Positions 41,420-56,044 of a stretch of 59,317 nt of DNA are shown here, in pieces. The notes beneath the pieces were generated by a model. The model was given only the letters and a program-made list of their open reading frames with translations, had not been told where the DNA came from and did not search any database. The translations under genes were made by a program, and so were the position numbers. Position 1 is the first letter of the stretch, and each line of letters starts with the position of its first letter. Origin of the DNA: Seison nebaliae (lineage: Eukaryota); the NCBI GenBank assembly GCA_023231475.1, contig JALJEE010000106.1, positions 62,001 through 121,317 of the forward strand, read 5' to 3'.

Positions 41420-41989
41420 ATTATAACTTTAAACTATCATCTATTACTCCACCACTAATATTAAATGTGAGTTGAAATTATATTATTATCTAATTTCAAT
41501 AAAACTTTTCCAATTAATTCCATCAAAATTCTCAGTCTATCTGATACTACTTCAATAAAAATTTTTGTCAAACATAAATAATTTATATATGATTTATTTC
41601 GTCGGGTATTTGATATGATTAAATAGAATATGAAATTTGCTCACTTTCTAAAAGCTTTGTTTTTTTTAGTAACTAGTAAAATTTCGAATGTTGCGACATA
41701 GTTAAAATTTTGTTGAAAGTTCGGTCAATTTTAATTTTAACTTGAAAACAAAATTAAAATTTATTCTAGAAATTCTTCGATAATATTTCGAAATTATTTT
41801 GTGGAAATAACTGATTCTGGAAACCTGCGTTATTTATGATGAAATTTATTATAAAACGAAATAAAATTAATTACGGAAAAAAAATAGTAAATTAAAAAAT
41901 ATTTGAAGGACAATATTTTTGTTAAGTTTAAACATTCCAAACAATTTGGTGAGATTTAAAAGGCGAGCATTAAAAAGTGGTAAAGTTGA

Positions 41990-43986
41990 ATGATGGATGA
42001 TTTACTTTCGATAATTAATGGTGAGATCAAATGGGGTAAACGATATGGAGAGATTTATGAATTAATCAATGAAAATTTATATATAAATTATTTATTGAAT
42101 GAAATGGAATTTGAATGGAATAATCATTGGATGAATGGGAATATTCGAACGTTAAATATTAATGAAATTAACGGAGAAATAAAATTTGAAGATGATGAAA
42201 TATCAATCGATCAGATGAGAAAATGGTTTCCGAATATTCGCTCAATTGTTCATTATCTTAGTCATCATCATAGATTAGGTCCGATATATCAGGACGTTAA
42301 CATTTCCATCGTTTTCACTTCATTCGAAGAGGCGTTGAGAAATGTTCTCTATTTATTACAGAAAAGAAATGTTCATTTTCCTCAAGATGATTCCATCGCT
42401 TTGTTATCGATCAATCAGATATTAAAATCGAAAGTTTTCCAAATACATTTCCTGAAAGACAATCAATTATTATTCGATTTATTTCGTCTGACAATTTGCG
42501 ACATGAATTTATTGAATATGAGAAATCTGATATCTCATGGTCATTCATTATTCAATGAATTCGGTTAGAAAATTATTCAAATTTTTCTCATTCGAATTTT
42601 TCAGATTGTCGATATTATTTATTGGTGATCGGATTGATCTTTATTTTGAATAAAGAAATTGATAAAAGTTTCAGAAGATTAAATGAAATGAAGAATGAAA
42701 ATCAATTTCAATTTTCGATGCAACGTCTCCCACATTCGAAGGAGAAGAATCGAATTAATAAAGAATTGTATTCACCACATTTAACTCTCAACATTCGACC
42801 GAATCTTCAACAAACGTTAGAATTGAACAAGCGATTTGTATTCGAACAATTTGGAACTATAAAAAATTATGAGAAAGAATTGAGAGAAGAATTGATGGAA
42901 AAGAAGGGATTATTAGAAATATTTCCCGAATTGGATATGTCCATTTCGATGTTATTTCATTTAATTGAAAATGAAAAGTTTTATTTAATATTTAAAATTT
43001 TTAAATATTCAAATAAATTTTCAGATTTTATCAATGTTTATTTCTGTTTTTTCCAGTCGTCGAAAATTTCTTAAGACATTTCTATTGTAAATGGAATTGT
43101 GTGGAGGAGAAGAAATTTGCGAAAGTTTCTTTATATTTTTTATTTTATGGAGATAATTTTTTTTTTCAAGATTGGTGAAAGATTTATTACTCTACATACG
43201 ATGTTATCGATAGAAAGAGACAATCAATTTCTGGAGAGTATTCCTGAGGGATTAATTGTTTAGAAAACGAATGAAATTTTTGTCTTTTCTTAATTATCAA
43301 TATTGATAGATGTTATTGTTCGATATGTTAGTACATCCAGATGGTTTACGAATTCGAGATCGAATATTTCATGGGGAATATCCATCAGAAAATGTGAATG
43401 ACACGAATTATTTGAAATATTACGAATTAACAATTTGGATATTGACTGAAGTGATAAGAAGTGTTGAGGGATTTAATGGGAAATTGAATGAAATCATTTC
43501 AAATTTCAAATCTTCTCTATTACCATTACATGAATTAAAATTTAATATCGATAATTCATTTAAATTATTTAATTCGATTTCGAGAGAATTTCTAGTCAAA
43601 TCAACAACTCCAACAAAGCTATTGGCGATCGATTGTGGGAAATGTCTGGGTAAATATCTTACTGACAAAATGAAATTAATCTACTACGATACTGCAATTC
43701 TTAATGATCTACAATTCATTTTAACTCTTATTGATAATTATAAAAAATCGGAAAGTAAATTATCGGAAAGACAATTAAAAAATTTCGAGAAATTATTAAT
43801 TTTGTTTTTTTTTTTTCAATAGTTTTTTTGATCAATTAATTTTTCTCAAATATCTTTGACAGGATCGATAATTATGCTTTCCATAATTTATACCATTTAT
43901 TGGTCGTCATTTATGGTATGTATGAAAAAATGAATAAATATGAAGAGATGATAATACCAAATTTAAAATTGTTTAAATTTCTTTAA
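41990..43986 (+). CDS. ERMARD: ER membrane-associated RNA degradation protein-like (DUF4209), ~6 exons
   Basis: Motifs LNMRNLISHG, LFFPVVENFLRHFY and LFDMLVHPDGLRIRDRIFHGE. Five GTT introns keep the frame. Confidence 0.75.
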
Positions 43987-44164
43987 ATTTTGATTTGAGA
44001 TAATATTAACATTTAATTAAAAGATTAAATCGAATAGTTCATATATTTGGGAGAGTGAAATGTTTATCGAAGAAACATCAGTGGATGGAATTATTGGAAT
44101 ATTCGGGGAATATTAATATCGACGAATTTATTGGTATGTATTCAGACAATTCAGAAGATTTCAA

Positions 44165-45692
44165 TTATGGATAATTATTCATGTTTGATGTGATCCATGA
44201 AATGAAGGTGGAGAGTCGAGTATAACCACCGCCACTTCCATTACAAGTTCCATCAGATGGACCAAAACTCGAAATTCCTAATTGTGTAATATTTTGATTA
44301 TTTTTTAATAATATCGGTCCTCCACTATCACCCTAAAAAATATAAAATAGAAATAATTTAATTTAAATAATTATATAAATTTAAATTCACTTGACATGTA
44401 TCGCCGATGGGATTTGTACGACCAGCACAAAAATATAATGTAGTATTTGTAATAGAACAACTCGAGTCAGCAAGTCGATCCACATCCACTTCCTTCATCA
44501 TATTTGAAACATCGCCAGTACCATTTGCATTTGTAGTGCCCCAACCGATAGTAGTCAATTGCTGTCCGATAATGGGAACATCGACGGCATTGGCATTTGG
44601 GAGACAAGTCGTCTGAGCGTTATCTCCAAGAGTTATCGATGTGCATAATCGTATAATTGCGATATCATTTACAATTGTACTTCCAATCTTGAAATCAGTA
44701 TGCTGTAATGGAATAAAAGAAGAAAAATGGAATCATCATAAATGGTAATGGAATAACATACGAAATATAATCGATCGTATAAGCTGTACCTGATGCAATG
44801 AATCTGGATCCCACATAAATCTTACTTAATTGTGTATCGATCGTCCATGTTGAACTTCTGTTGAATGGAATTTTTTTTGAATATTTCTATAAGAAAAAGA
44901 AGAAATGAAAACTTGACACAATGAGCAGCTGTCAATATCCAAAATTCATTAATTATTGTACCGGCACAACTTCGTGAGTCGGAATCAGTTGTGATTATTT
45001 GGAAGAAAACGGTGGAGGGATATGTAGTAATGTCTGTTACTACATTTCCACCAACGATACGTCTTGATGATGATGAACACCATGCCGCATTTGCTGGTAT
45101 TATCGATGAATTAACATTCACTGTAGCATTACATGCCGAATTCTTTATCAAAGCAGTCAGAGGAATTGCATTAAAATCCGTTCGAATTTCAGCTGAAGTC
45201 GTCGAACTTACGGTTGACGTATTCGTTAATAAAGTTGTTACCGACGTCGTACTTGTAGTAGTAATCGTTGTGGTAGTTGTTGTTGTTGTTGTTGTGGTAG
45301 TTGTTGTTGTTGTTGTAGTTGTAAAAAGATTCGATAAAATATTTTTATCTATAAATTTAAATTTAAATATAATTAGAAATAATTGAAATTCCTAACCATT
45401 CCCACCGACATTAATAATTGCGATTGCGATAAATGCAACAACAATGACACTGACAATAATCGTTAGTACGAGACAAATCAAATTGAAAATTCCTCTAAAA
45501 TTCCAAAATGAGAATTGATAAAATGATATGAAAAAAAATGGAAAATTTAAACTTATTTGATTTCTTTGATTTATAATTTTTAAATGACGACCGATTATCG
45601 TTTCCATATTCTTTCAGATAATTATCGGAATAAAATCGATCGTTATAAATGGAATACATGGATTGGGGATTAGTATTGGAATTGAATTTCAT
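44165..45692 (-). CDS. Type II transmembrane trypsin-like serine protease with a Thr-rich stalk, 6 exons
   Basis: TM helix LICLVLTIIVSVIVVAFIAIAII, poly-Thr stalk, activation site RR-IVGG, then TAAHC, NDIAI and DTCQGDSGGP. Confidence 0.92.
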
Positions 45693-48600
45693 TTCGACCA
45701 ATTTAGATATGTAGATGTCGATTGAGATTTATATAATTATATGCGAATTTGAAATTGTTTAAAGACTAAAGTTATTTCTTCTTTCCCGTTTGGACTCTAT
45801 CTCATTTTTCTACGCATCATCACTCATAGTTGAAAAAATGGTAAAAAGAAACACATAATGTGACGCAATTGAAGCGAGACAATTGAGAGTAATACTATTA
45901 TAAAGTTGTAAAACTAACAGTAAGTAACATGTGGATAAATAGGAAATAGTTCTGAATTTATTGATTACCTTTCTATTCTAATATTTTTAAGAGTTTTTGT
46001 GTTACTTGAAGTAATTGTACCCGAAACTATTTCCGCCTTATGATGAATCTGTGAGATTTCTTTTTAGAATTTCCCATCTCAAAATAACTTATCTGATTTT
46101 TAGTTTATATTTTTGAGATCTAATGTAAATTGTTTGTTTCGAAATTCGTAAAATTTAATCTTGAAATTCTTCAACTTTTGAACTTCGAATTAATAATTTG
46201 GTCGGAATTCAAGTTGGTTGATTTTAGACAGAAGAGAATGTTCGTTCGAAACAATTGTTTCATTTTGAGATTTTGAGTTGAAATAAGTGAAAGTCTATAG
46301 ATTTGGTTCGATGCCTAGTGAATTTTGAAGTTGTGTGAGAGGTATGGTGGTGAATGTTATTCCATTTTTTTCAGTTCTTCTTCCGTCATTTTACACTAGG
46401 TAATGGGAGGAAAAGGAGGATGAATAGAGTGTGTAATGTAGAATTGCCCAGCAAACTAAACTGAAGGAAATTCATTCACATTTCAACTTCTATTTCATCA
46501 ACATATTCATATGTAGCGAAAGCGGAAATGTACCGATAGAAAAGAACAAAAAACGATGAATACCAAAATGAGAGTTGGGGAAATGTGTGCGGGTGAATCA
46601 GTTACGATTTTGTAAGGAACATGAAATGTTGACGAAATAACTGAAGTTATATACGCCGAACATTAGTGTTAAGTGTTATATGTGTGGATGGGAGGACATA
46701 AAGAGAATATTCTCTCTTGATCAATATCAGTTTAATAGATGAACATTATTCTAATTAAATCGATAAGAGTGGAAATTACAATTATTTCCATCATTATTAT
46801 CTCATCAATATGTCAGTTGATCATCTGTTGTTCTTGCTCTCAAGAACATTCACTCCACTTCATTCTCTTCTTCGTTCCCTTCTTCATTTCCTGACAAAAT
46901 AATTATTGTGATATGGTTAACATGTTGTTGTTGAGAATGAAGAGAATTGGCGTTCTCCTTTCTTTCTTTCTGCTTCCATTTACTCCAAATTGATATTAGA
47001 GGTAACAACTGTTATGTGTTTTTTTTTTTTCGATATTTTCATTGATTTGCTTAACAGGCTACACTGAATGTCGTCTGCTCACCATTTGTTGACATGAAGG
47101 AAGAACATGATGTTCATTTTATTGATTTATATGCAATTCACTCAGTTGCTCCCTATTTCCTCAAAATTCGGGTTCCCTATTATTGAATAAATTACAAATT
47201 CCAATAATGAAATAACCAATTTATTATTTCTCATAAATTACAATTCATTCAAATAAAATCGATTTTTTCCTGATGCTTTTCAAAAATCATATGTATGGAA
47301 AATTGGACGTCCAAATATTCCGGTAAACAAATTCGTCAATATTGACGTGGAGAATTCTGGAAGAATGTTGAGATAGGCCATCCATGAGAAAATTGATTAT
47401 TTCTAAAATTTCTTCAGGAAATCTTTTTTCATATCCCGAAATCATATTCGTGAAAATATAATGTAGTTTCCTTAAAGGAAAACTCACTTAAGTAATTTGA
47501 TTGATTTTAGGGGGTGATCGATGGATCGATAAGATGATTGATGTAATGTTTTATCAGAAGTCGTTTTATCTGAGACCATAACTCTAATGGATGAGGGACA
47601 AGAGGAGGAGTGGGTGGATAATATGTGGAATGATTTACAGAAATCTGATCTTTTCAATGTAAATAAAAGGATGGGAAGATACCTTTTTCTGATTGAATTG
47701 AATGTGGAGGTATAGGAGAAATAATAATAATGATAACTTCGAATAATACATGCCCAATTATGAGATGTATTATGATAAGTGTGTAGTGGTCGTAGAATGA
47801 ATGCATCGTTAGACAATTATAATAAGATAAATTATTGAGAGTAATTCGTCAGAGCATTTTATGGGAAAGAAAGAGAAGTGATGTAGTAAGAAAATCATGT
47901 TGGATGCAGACCACGAAATTTCGATTAATCATAAACTTCGTCCAAATCGACGTATAGTTTCTGTTGAGAATTTTATGAATAGAAAAACGGATCCACGAAT
48001 GTACGATCTCAATGTCCCAAGAAGAATTAAATGTTATTTTTTTCGTTCATTTAAAATAATTTGAAAAAAAAAAACACTTCTCTTATAATAGCAGTTTTCT
48101 TTTCTCATTGATGTTAATGTCGTTAGATTTTAATAGATATGGATTTAATTGTTTAATTCTCTCATTCTAGTCCGATGTTTGATTAATAGATATTTTTATG
48201 CTCCAGATATTTTCGTGTGAGATTGGGAGGAGAGTAATTGTTATATGTATCATCGTCATCATCGTTATTGTTATGAGAAGTATGAATAGTGTAAAAGAAG
48301 TATTCATTAGGTGGTGTAAGGTAGATGGGATGTAAAGGAAATTAATTTTCATGTAGTACAATGTGAATTGGTATAAATATACGTATGATATACGTATCTC
48401 TAAATAAAAAGTAAGAAATTTATTTTCGTCAGTTTACGAATGGTCAATCGATCATTGTTCTTCATTCTTCTCCCAACTAATCCATTTCCCTTCAGCACCG
48501 TTCATTTTCTTTGCACAATTAAATCAAATTAGTTCGAATGAGAATCATGCAGAAATTTGAATGCGAGTGCTAATTCGGAGAAAGAATTTGGCTTTTACAT

Positions 48601-49942
48601 CTTTTCCACTATTTCGTTCGGAAAGGCAAGTTCATTTTGATGATAATGCAAGTAATGGCAGAAAAGGGGGAGAAGTGATGTTGCACATTTATCTGCTAAA
48701 CATATCTCGTCCAAATAATCACTCATTTTTTAATTTTATATGAACATTCCATTTTATCATATCATCTGATTCAGATGTTCTGCTTATGACAAAAGAAGGA
48801 GGAGAAGCGTCGAACCATCACTTCTTCCTCGAGAACAATAAGAATGAAGAATAAGATATTTTCTTTCTATTTCTTCTGTTATTCGATCTATATCTTTCAT
48901 TCAACTTCCAAAAATCATAAAAGTAAATTCTCATATGTTCCATGAGCGAACAACAAGTCAGGTGGGAGTGAGAAATGAAGCTGAAAAGAAGTCATATAAT
49001 AAGAGTGATTCATGTAATATTGACGATGTTCGGTGGGAGAGGAAGATTTGTTTTTGATTCGATGTGTCCCTCCCTTGATTATCATCAGTTAATATTATGT
49101 TCTTTCTACTTTTCTTTTTTGCAGTCTAAGATTATTAAATTAACCTAAAGGAAAAATGACTTGTTCCCATAATGATCATTAGTAGAGAATGGGATAGCGA
49201 ATTGTCTTAATGAAAGAAGAATAGTATTGTTCTATTGTGGCAGTTCCACATCTGTATATTGTTTGGATGGTTATAAAATTTTCAATTATTATTCGTATTA
49301 TCTCTCGTGGCAGAGAATCAAAGAAGGAGAAGAAGAAAAAGAAGAAGAAGAAGAAGAAGGAACTTTCAACGTAATAGCAAGTAGTAGTGGTGGTGGAACA
49401 TCTTCTTCATTATCATTTATGGAAATGAATGTACATATGAATGAGTGAAACCTGAAGAAGTACGAAAAGGAGAAAACTAACAAAAATTTCAGACGGCAAA
49501 AAGAAGAGGGGCATATACATGCCAATTCATTTTGACGTCATAACTGATCAACGACGTAGAAGAAGAAAGTCGAACAAAGAAAAAGAAAAAAACTTTTAAA
49601 CAATAAAACGATAATAATAACAAGAAATTCATCGACACAATTCCTCTGGTCGAGAGGAGACGATAGAGAATAATTGAAAAATGAAAAATAAATAATAATA
49701 AGAAATAGAAATATTTTAGCGGTGTTAAAAGACGACAGTGACAACGACTACCAAAGATTCCTCCTGAACGAAGAACGAGAAGAAGAAGAAGAAGAAAAAA
49801 AAGTAGAAATAATTTCAGATCGATCGAGCAAGTGGAAGACGTGGAAGGGAAAGGAACAATGAACGATAATTGAAATGATAAAATATGATAATAAAATAAT
49901 TCAAAAATGATTATGATTAATCGGAGAATAATATAGGAAGAA

Positions 49943-52900
49943 ATGGAAAAGAAGCGTGAAAAATCGTTTGATACTTTCCATTCTCGTCAGAACCAACGTC
50001 TTCCGTACTCGATTTATGTCGACCGATCACCGATCAGATTACATCCAGAAAATTATCAACAACAAGAATCGAAACATTCAATTTCACATCATCCACATAA
50101 CAATCATTATTCATCAATACCATATCCATTACACTTCGATCAATTATTCCATCATAATAATAATCCATCAATCAATCATCCAATTGTTTCATATTCTCAA
50201 CAACAACATCCACAACCACAACCACCACCGTTTAAAAAACAACAGAGTCATTCAACTAATCAGAGTATTCAGATCGAAAGTGGAAAATCGATTAATCAAA
50301 CAACTGCTATATCATCGAAGAATTTGAAGAGTAATCCGAAATTGTTAGTGAATAAATCGAAATATAATAATAGTTATAATAATAACAGAGAAATAAATGA
50401 ATATGATCATGGAAGTAACGATTTCTATCCATCTTCTACCATGATTTCAATGTCAAATCAGACTACTTTATCTCCCATTATTATCACAACGAAAACTTCT
50501 CCAATTATCTCAACATATTCGGTTAACGATCAATGTGTATTCACTGATACAACATACCAATCATCACACAATCAACAAAAGAATAAGAATAACAAGGAAT
50601 TAAGGAAACTGAATGAAAATTTCCCTACTGCAATTCAAACCAGTAATCACAAGAACAACAACAACAATATGATGATGAGTAGAAAAATGAAAAATGATAG
50701 ATCGAATTATGGTTCACCGGAGAATTATCTTCAAAATAATTATCAACATTTGTTGTCTCTACCAACATCGTATCATCATCCTCATCCTCATCCACCGCCA
50801 ATGCAACGAAATTATTTCGTTCATCAACATTCAACACCAAAACCTTACATCACCTCCCCACTAACAACAGCAACAACAATAACAACGACAACCATACATG
50901 CAGGATTCACATCTACCAATACCACGACGATAAGTCAACCGACGATCATACCTCAATTTAATCGACTCTCTCGTTCGGGCGTCTCCGACGAACATTTATA
51001 TACGACGATTAAAAACCAATTCCGTCAACATGAATTTGAGAATGAAGGAATCAAATCTAAACATCGTTCTCAACAACAACAACAACAACAACAACAACAA
51101 GAGTATAAATATCCGTCAGCTATGGTTGGTACATCACACAATTTTCACACACTTGCTTCGATGACTTTAAGATCATCAGACATCGATCGAAATCCACAAC
51201 AATACAAAATTGAGAATAAGACGAAGAGTCGAAATGTTACTGGTCAGCCATTGAAGAATATTCCACCGAATATTTCGGGACAGATCTCATCCGGATTCCA
51301 TTCGTCCACCTCATTTCCGATGAAGCTTTCGTCCGATGTCAAATCGTCGAAGTGTGTGTATAAGATGCCGGAGGAAAGTATGACAAGTTGCTACCAAACG
51401 TCTACTAATCCGCGAATAGGCGGAGATCGTCATTTTCCATTGAAGTGTGATGAACAGAAGTTACGAACGATTCGTTCATGTTCCAAAGAGAGAACGAAAA
51501 CGGATCAAATGAAATTGAATGAAATGAATACGTTTCTTCACCATCAACAACGATCTAAATCTTCGAATAAATATTTCCATCACAATTCCATTCCAAACAA
51601 TGTTGACGTTCATCAGGATGATGTGAATAATGATATCAATCACAATGAAGGATTATTAACAAATAAACAACATGTTCGTACCACCAACATGAATCATAAC
51701 AACTTCCCTCTTAGTCACACGAACGAATCCTTAAATTCCATTATTAACGGGACAAATGCGAATAATCATCATTCGAAATTGAAAAGTGATTTCGTAATGG
51801 ATTCTTCTCAACGTCCCAATCTTTCTCATGCTGTCTATAAGCCAACATCCATTAATAGTACTTTCGTCGTAACATATTCTCCATTTGCCGCCACTCATAA
51901 TTATCAATCGTTTCCAACAACTGTCACTTCAACAGTCCCATTAGACAACATGATGACAATTAACGGATTAAGTGGGAAATTGATGACAGTGTCAACCGAT
52001 TCATTAGATTCTGTTCGATTATTAGATAATGATCAATGTCCCCCAGCATTACCACCACCTCAATCAACAACAACAACAACCACGACATTTAATAATAATA
52101 ATAATAATAATAAAAATCAATATTTATCAACTCGATATCATTCGAATGATTTTATTGAAAATGGTCGTCGTTCTTCGAATCACGAAAAATTAACAGAATC
52201 TTTTCGACGATTCGGTTTACAGTCAAAACCGAAAATTTCAAATAAGAAAAAATCGGAGGAATCTCAACTTGCGAAAAGTTCGAAGAACAATAATAAGAAG
52301 AACCAGAATGAATTTAAGAAGTATTTGACGACGGACAACAAATCGATTGTTAGAAATATATTTTGAAAATATTTCCTTTAATTTCTCTTCCCTCTCTCTC
52401 TCAAGTCATCCACAATGATGAATAGTTTATTGAAGTCATCAGTATCCAATTCAACACATCAGTTATTATGTTCACTCAATCAACTGGAATGGGAGAAATC
52501 GTCCACAAACTTTTCGAATATAATTCGAACGAATGGAGGAAAATATCCATTAATCATCAAACGGAAACGAGATTCTCAAGTTAAAATTTTAAATTTTTTT
52601 CCCACTATGAAATAATTTTTGAATTTTTTTTTAGTTATTTTTCATTTTGGAAGAAAGGAAAACTAATCAGATGGTGTGTATTCGTGAGAATTGTGACGCC
52701 AATTTATTATGTATTCCCTTCACGTTAGGAACACTGTTACGTTACGGCCAAGAAGAGACGTTAGATAAAGCGACTCCAGTAACATTCGAAATCTTTCGTG
52801 ATATTAATGAAATTGCGAAGAATATGGTGAAAGGAGAAAAGTTATTAGTAACTCGATCATTCTGGTCGATAAAACGACGTAAAGTTGATAATAAGAAGAA

Positions 52901-54467
52901 TGATGGAACGACAGTGAGGAAGAAAAAAGAGCAAATTATTCATTCAACAGAGAATCGATTCAAACAGATAATGATCAATGAAATTTTGGAGATTGACGAA
53001 TTGCGTCATTTGCCGTTCACGAAAGAACAACAGAAACATTTCCGAGAATTAGTGAAAGAATTACCAAAATCGAAAAGTGATTCAAATGAGAATTTGAAAG
53101 AGGAGGAAGTGTTTAATGAAAAATTGAATGAAAAAATTTTCTTACGGTGTTATAACATTTATGATCATGCCATTTATATACCAATTGATCATTTGACCGG
53201 TGAATTTGTCATATTACGATCTCATGCAACATTCAATTATTCGAGTATTAATCGTCTGTTAAATAATGTGAAGCAGAAGATCTTCGATCAATTGCCACAA
53301 AGTGAAGAATCGACAATTGAGAATTTGGAGATTGAATTGGAGAATCATTATATCAATAATCCGATCATTATAGAAATTCTCTGGATGTGTGGCCAATACT
53401 CGTCCATGATCATTTATTTGCTTCATCTTTTCTTAAAGAAACATTTCCCATCACATTTACTCCAATCGAGAACAAAACAATTAAATGAGTTGGATGTGGA
53501 TTATTTGAAAAAAGAATTGATCATTTTCTTAGATAGAGAATTGACGAATTCTTTTATTTTATTCGATCGTTTGATACGATTCCTTACCACCACCAACACA
53601 ACGTTAATATCGAAGAAGAATGATGATAATTATGATACGAATTTGAATGAGAATGGAAATATCGATATTGAAATGATGAAGATTTTAAGTGGAAATTTAA
53701 TTGAGTTGATATCATTTGAGAAATATAAAGAATATCTCAATAATTTCATGAGTGAGACATCGATGAAAAATAGTGTAATCGATAAGGAAATTGGAAGAAT
53801 TATCGGAATTCTCCCAATATTTCTACGATATGAATCATTCGATCAATTAATTCAACGTACTCATCAAATCTCTCAAATGATCAATACGATTCGACGAAGT
53901 GATGTTTTTGGGAAACGATTAAATCAAATCGATGTTCAATGTATTTCTATATTAATCAATTGTATTATGGTCACTTATCAGACGATCGATACAGTTAATG
54001 AAATGAAAGGAAATATCGAAATAAATGATGCGAGACTCAATACTATCTCCACATCGAAAGACACCATTCAATTGTTACGTCATCTTTGTGAAATTCAGCA
54101 TTCTCATTTCATGATAAATGCGTCGCCATTCCAACAACAATTCGCTGTGAGGGAATTGTTGTCGAGTGAGAAATGTTATTTATCGTTCGGATTGAAACAA
54201 GATTATACTCTATTAATCGAAAGTGAAAATGATGAATTCTATCAAGCCACATCGAAATCGTTAGAGGAATTGATGTTCAACTCGAATGAAGTTAAATCGA
54301 ATGATGATTATCGATCAGGAAATAATAACAGAAATAATATTTTGAAGAAATTTTTGAGAAATTTAAGGGAAAACAAATCGCAATTTCTCAATTCAATAAA
54401 ATTGCTTATACTTCACGAGAAGGAAGAACATGGAATTGAATTGATCAATATTAATGAGAATAGTTGA
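49943..54467 (+). CDS. Large protein with a low-complexity N-terminus and a possible CABIT-like (GAREM/Themis/Serrano) region, 3 exons
   Basis: ORFs 49943, 52415 and 52647 join through two GTT introns. KYPLII...EILEI...FLRCYNIYDHAIYIPIDHLTGEF resembles the CABIT pattern; that family call is tentative. Confidence 0.6.
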
Positions 54468-54763
54468 CATCATTTAATTTAGTTTGTTCCATTTGTAAAA
54501 ATAATATTTCAATTCTTAAATTCCATTTGAATTTTAATTATTTAATTTCGATTCTTTAATTCGAATGTGTTTAGAAGTTTAACAATTTTTTTTATTTATT
54601 TAACAGATGATTATGATGCGTTCAATATGTCTTCCCTAATTCATCATTTGTACTCGAATAAATTTTATATTCTCTTAACATCTCTTTAAGCAACTTTCTT
54701 CAACAAATACTTCACTCCCTCTCAACTTCAACAATTGTTTTCTTATTTTCGATGTCCTTCTCA

Positions 54764-55815
54764 TTAATTCTGATTTAATAACGACGGTATATTAATTGAA
54801 GGAATATATTCCTGTGAATTGACAGGTATGGTTGGATTATATTCCATATGTTGTTGTTGTTGTTGTTGTTGTTGTGAAGGAATTGTATACGTTGGTAAAG
54901 AGTTGGACGATAGTCCATTAATTGGAGTAGTTTCAATAGGAATGTCCATTGGTAGTGATCTGGGAGCTGTTGGTGTATGTCTCATCCATGCATTCTGCAA
55001 TCGAAAACGAATTTCTTTCTCCAAACCTAAGATATCATTCGATAATTCTTGAAATGAATAAATTTAATGAATCTAATCTAAACCAAATAGTAATTAACTA
55101 GCATTACTCAACAATTTCTTCCGTTCAATTGCTACATGCTACAAACGAAATAACGAAAAGAAATTAGAAGAAATTTTTAATGATAATTAAAACTTTAATC
55201 GCTTTCTCCTTATTATGAATTGTTGGATTGATATGGAAAAGTATTTCGATGGAAGCGATAAGAAAATATGATTTATCGATAATAGCATTTCTCGTCTTCT
55301 CTCCTTTCATATCGAACAACTGCGCTCCACTTTTACTTAAAATTCTACAAATTTCAATTGTAATTGAATTTGAATTAATATTGAAAAATTACTTACCGAT
55401 CAATCGCTGCCTGAGGTGTTCTTGGTGTCCCATAATTTCGATCAGGTACACGACTTCCAACTGGTGCAGAAGATAAAGAATCGGACGCAATACCATCTGG
55501 AATCGATGGTACTGAAGATGATTTCTTCCTTTTGAATTTATTCTTCATTTTACTGAAGATTCCTTCTTTAGGCTGTGCTTGAACATCACCATAATTAACA
55601 TTTTTTTTTTCTACGGAAATTCAAATGAAATTTATGGAATAATGATGTAAAAAATTGATATAACTGGGAAATCCGAAAGCGCATTGACAATCATCTGTTT
55701 CATAAAAGAAATTTGAAGATATAAATTTTTTCGAAAATTTTTTTTAGAAAAGTTATAAACCTGAAAATAGAAGAAATAGTAGGAAACAGAAACAAGAAAA
55801 AAATTTCATTTTCAT
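54764..55815 (-). CDS. Secreted protein of unknown family, 6 exons
   Basis: Signal peptide MKMKFFSCFCFLLFLLFSDDCQC. Five short introns give a continuous frame ending in the P/Q-rich ORF 54764-55024. Confidence 0.6.
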
Positions 55816-56044
55816 TTTAAAAGAATTCGAATAATTTCCATCAACTTCCCCATATTTATCAAGTTAACTTCAATACTTATCAGATAATCATCAATTGCAT
55901 TTATTTTAATGATAATTAATATTTTCAATTAATTAACAGAATTTTAATGAAGAAATTTTAAATTTTTTAAGAATAAAAACAATTTTCCGAATGATAAATT
56001 TATTTCAAATAATAAAAATTTGAAGAAATATTATAAGAATTCTC

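Noticed and set aside
45800..49900. Short ORFs in the long spacer
   Set aside because: No coherent spliced frame or motif found; treated as regulatory or UTR DNA.
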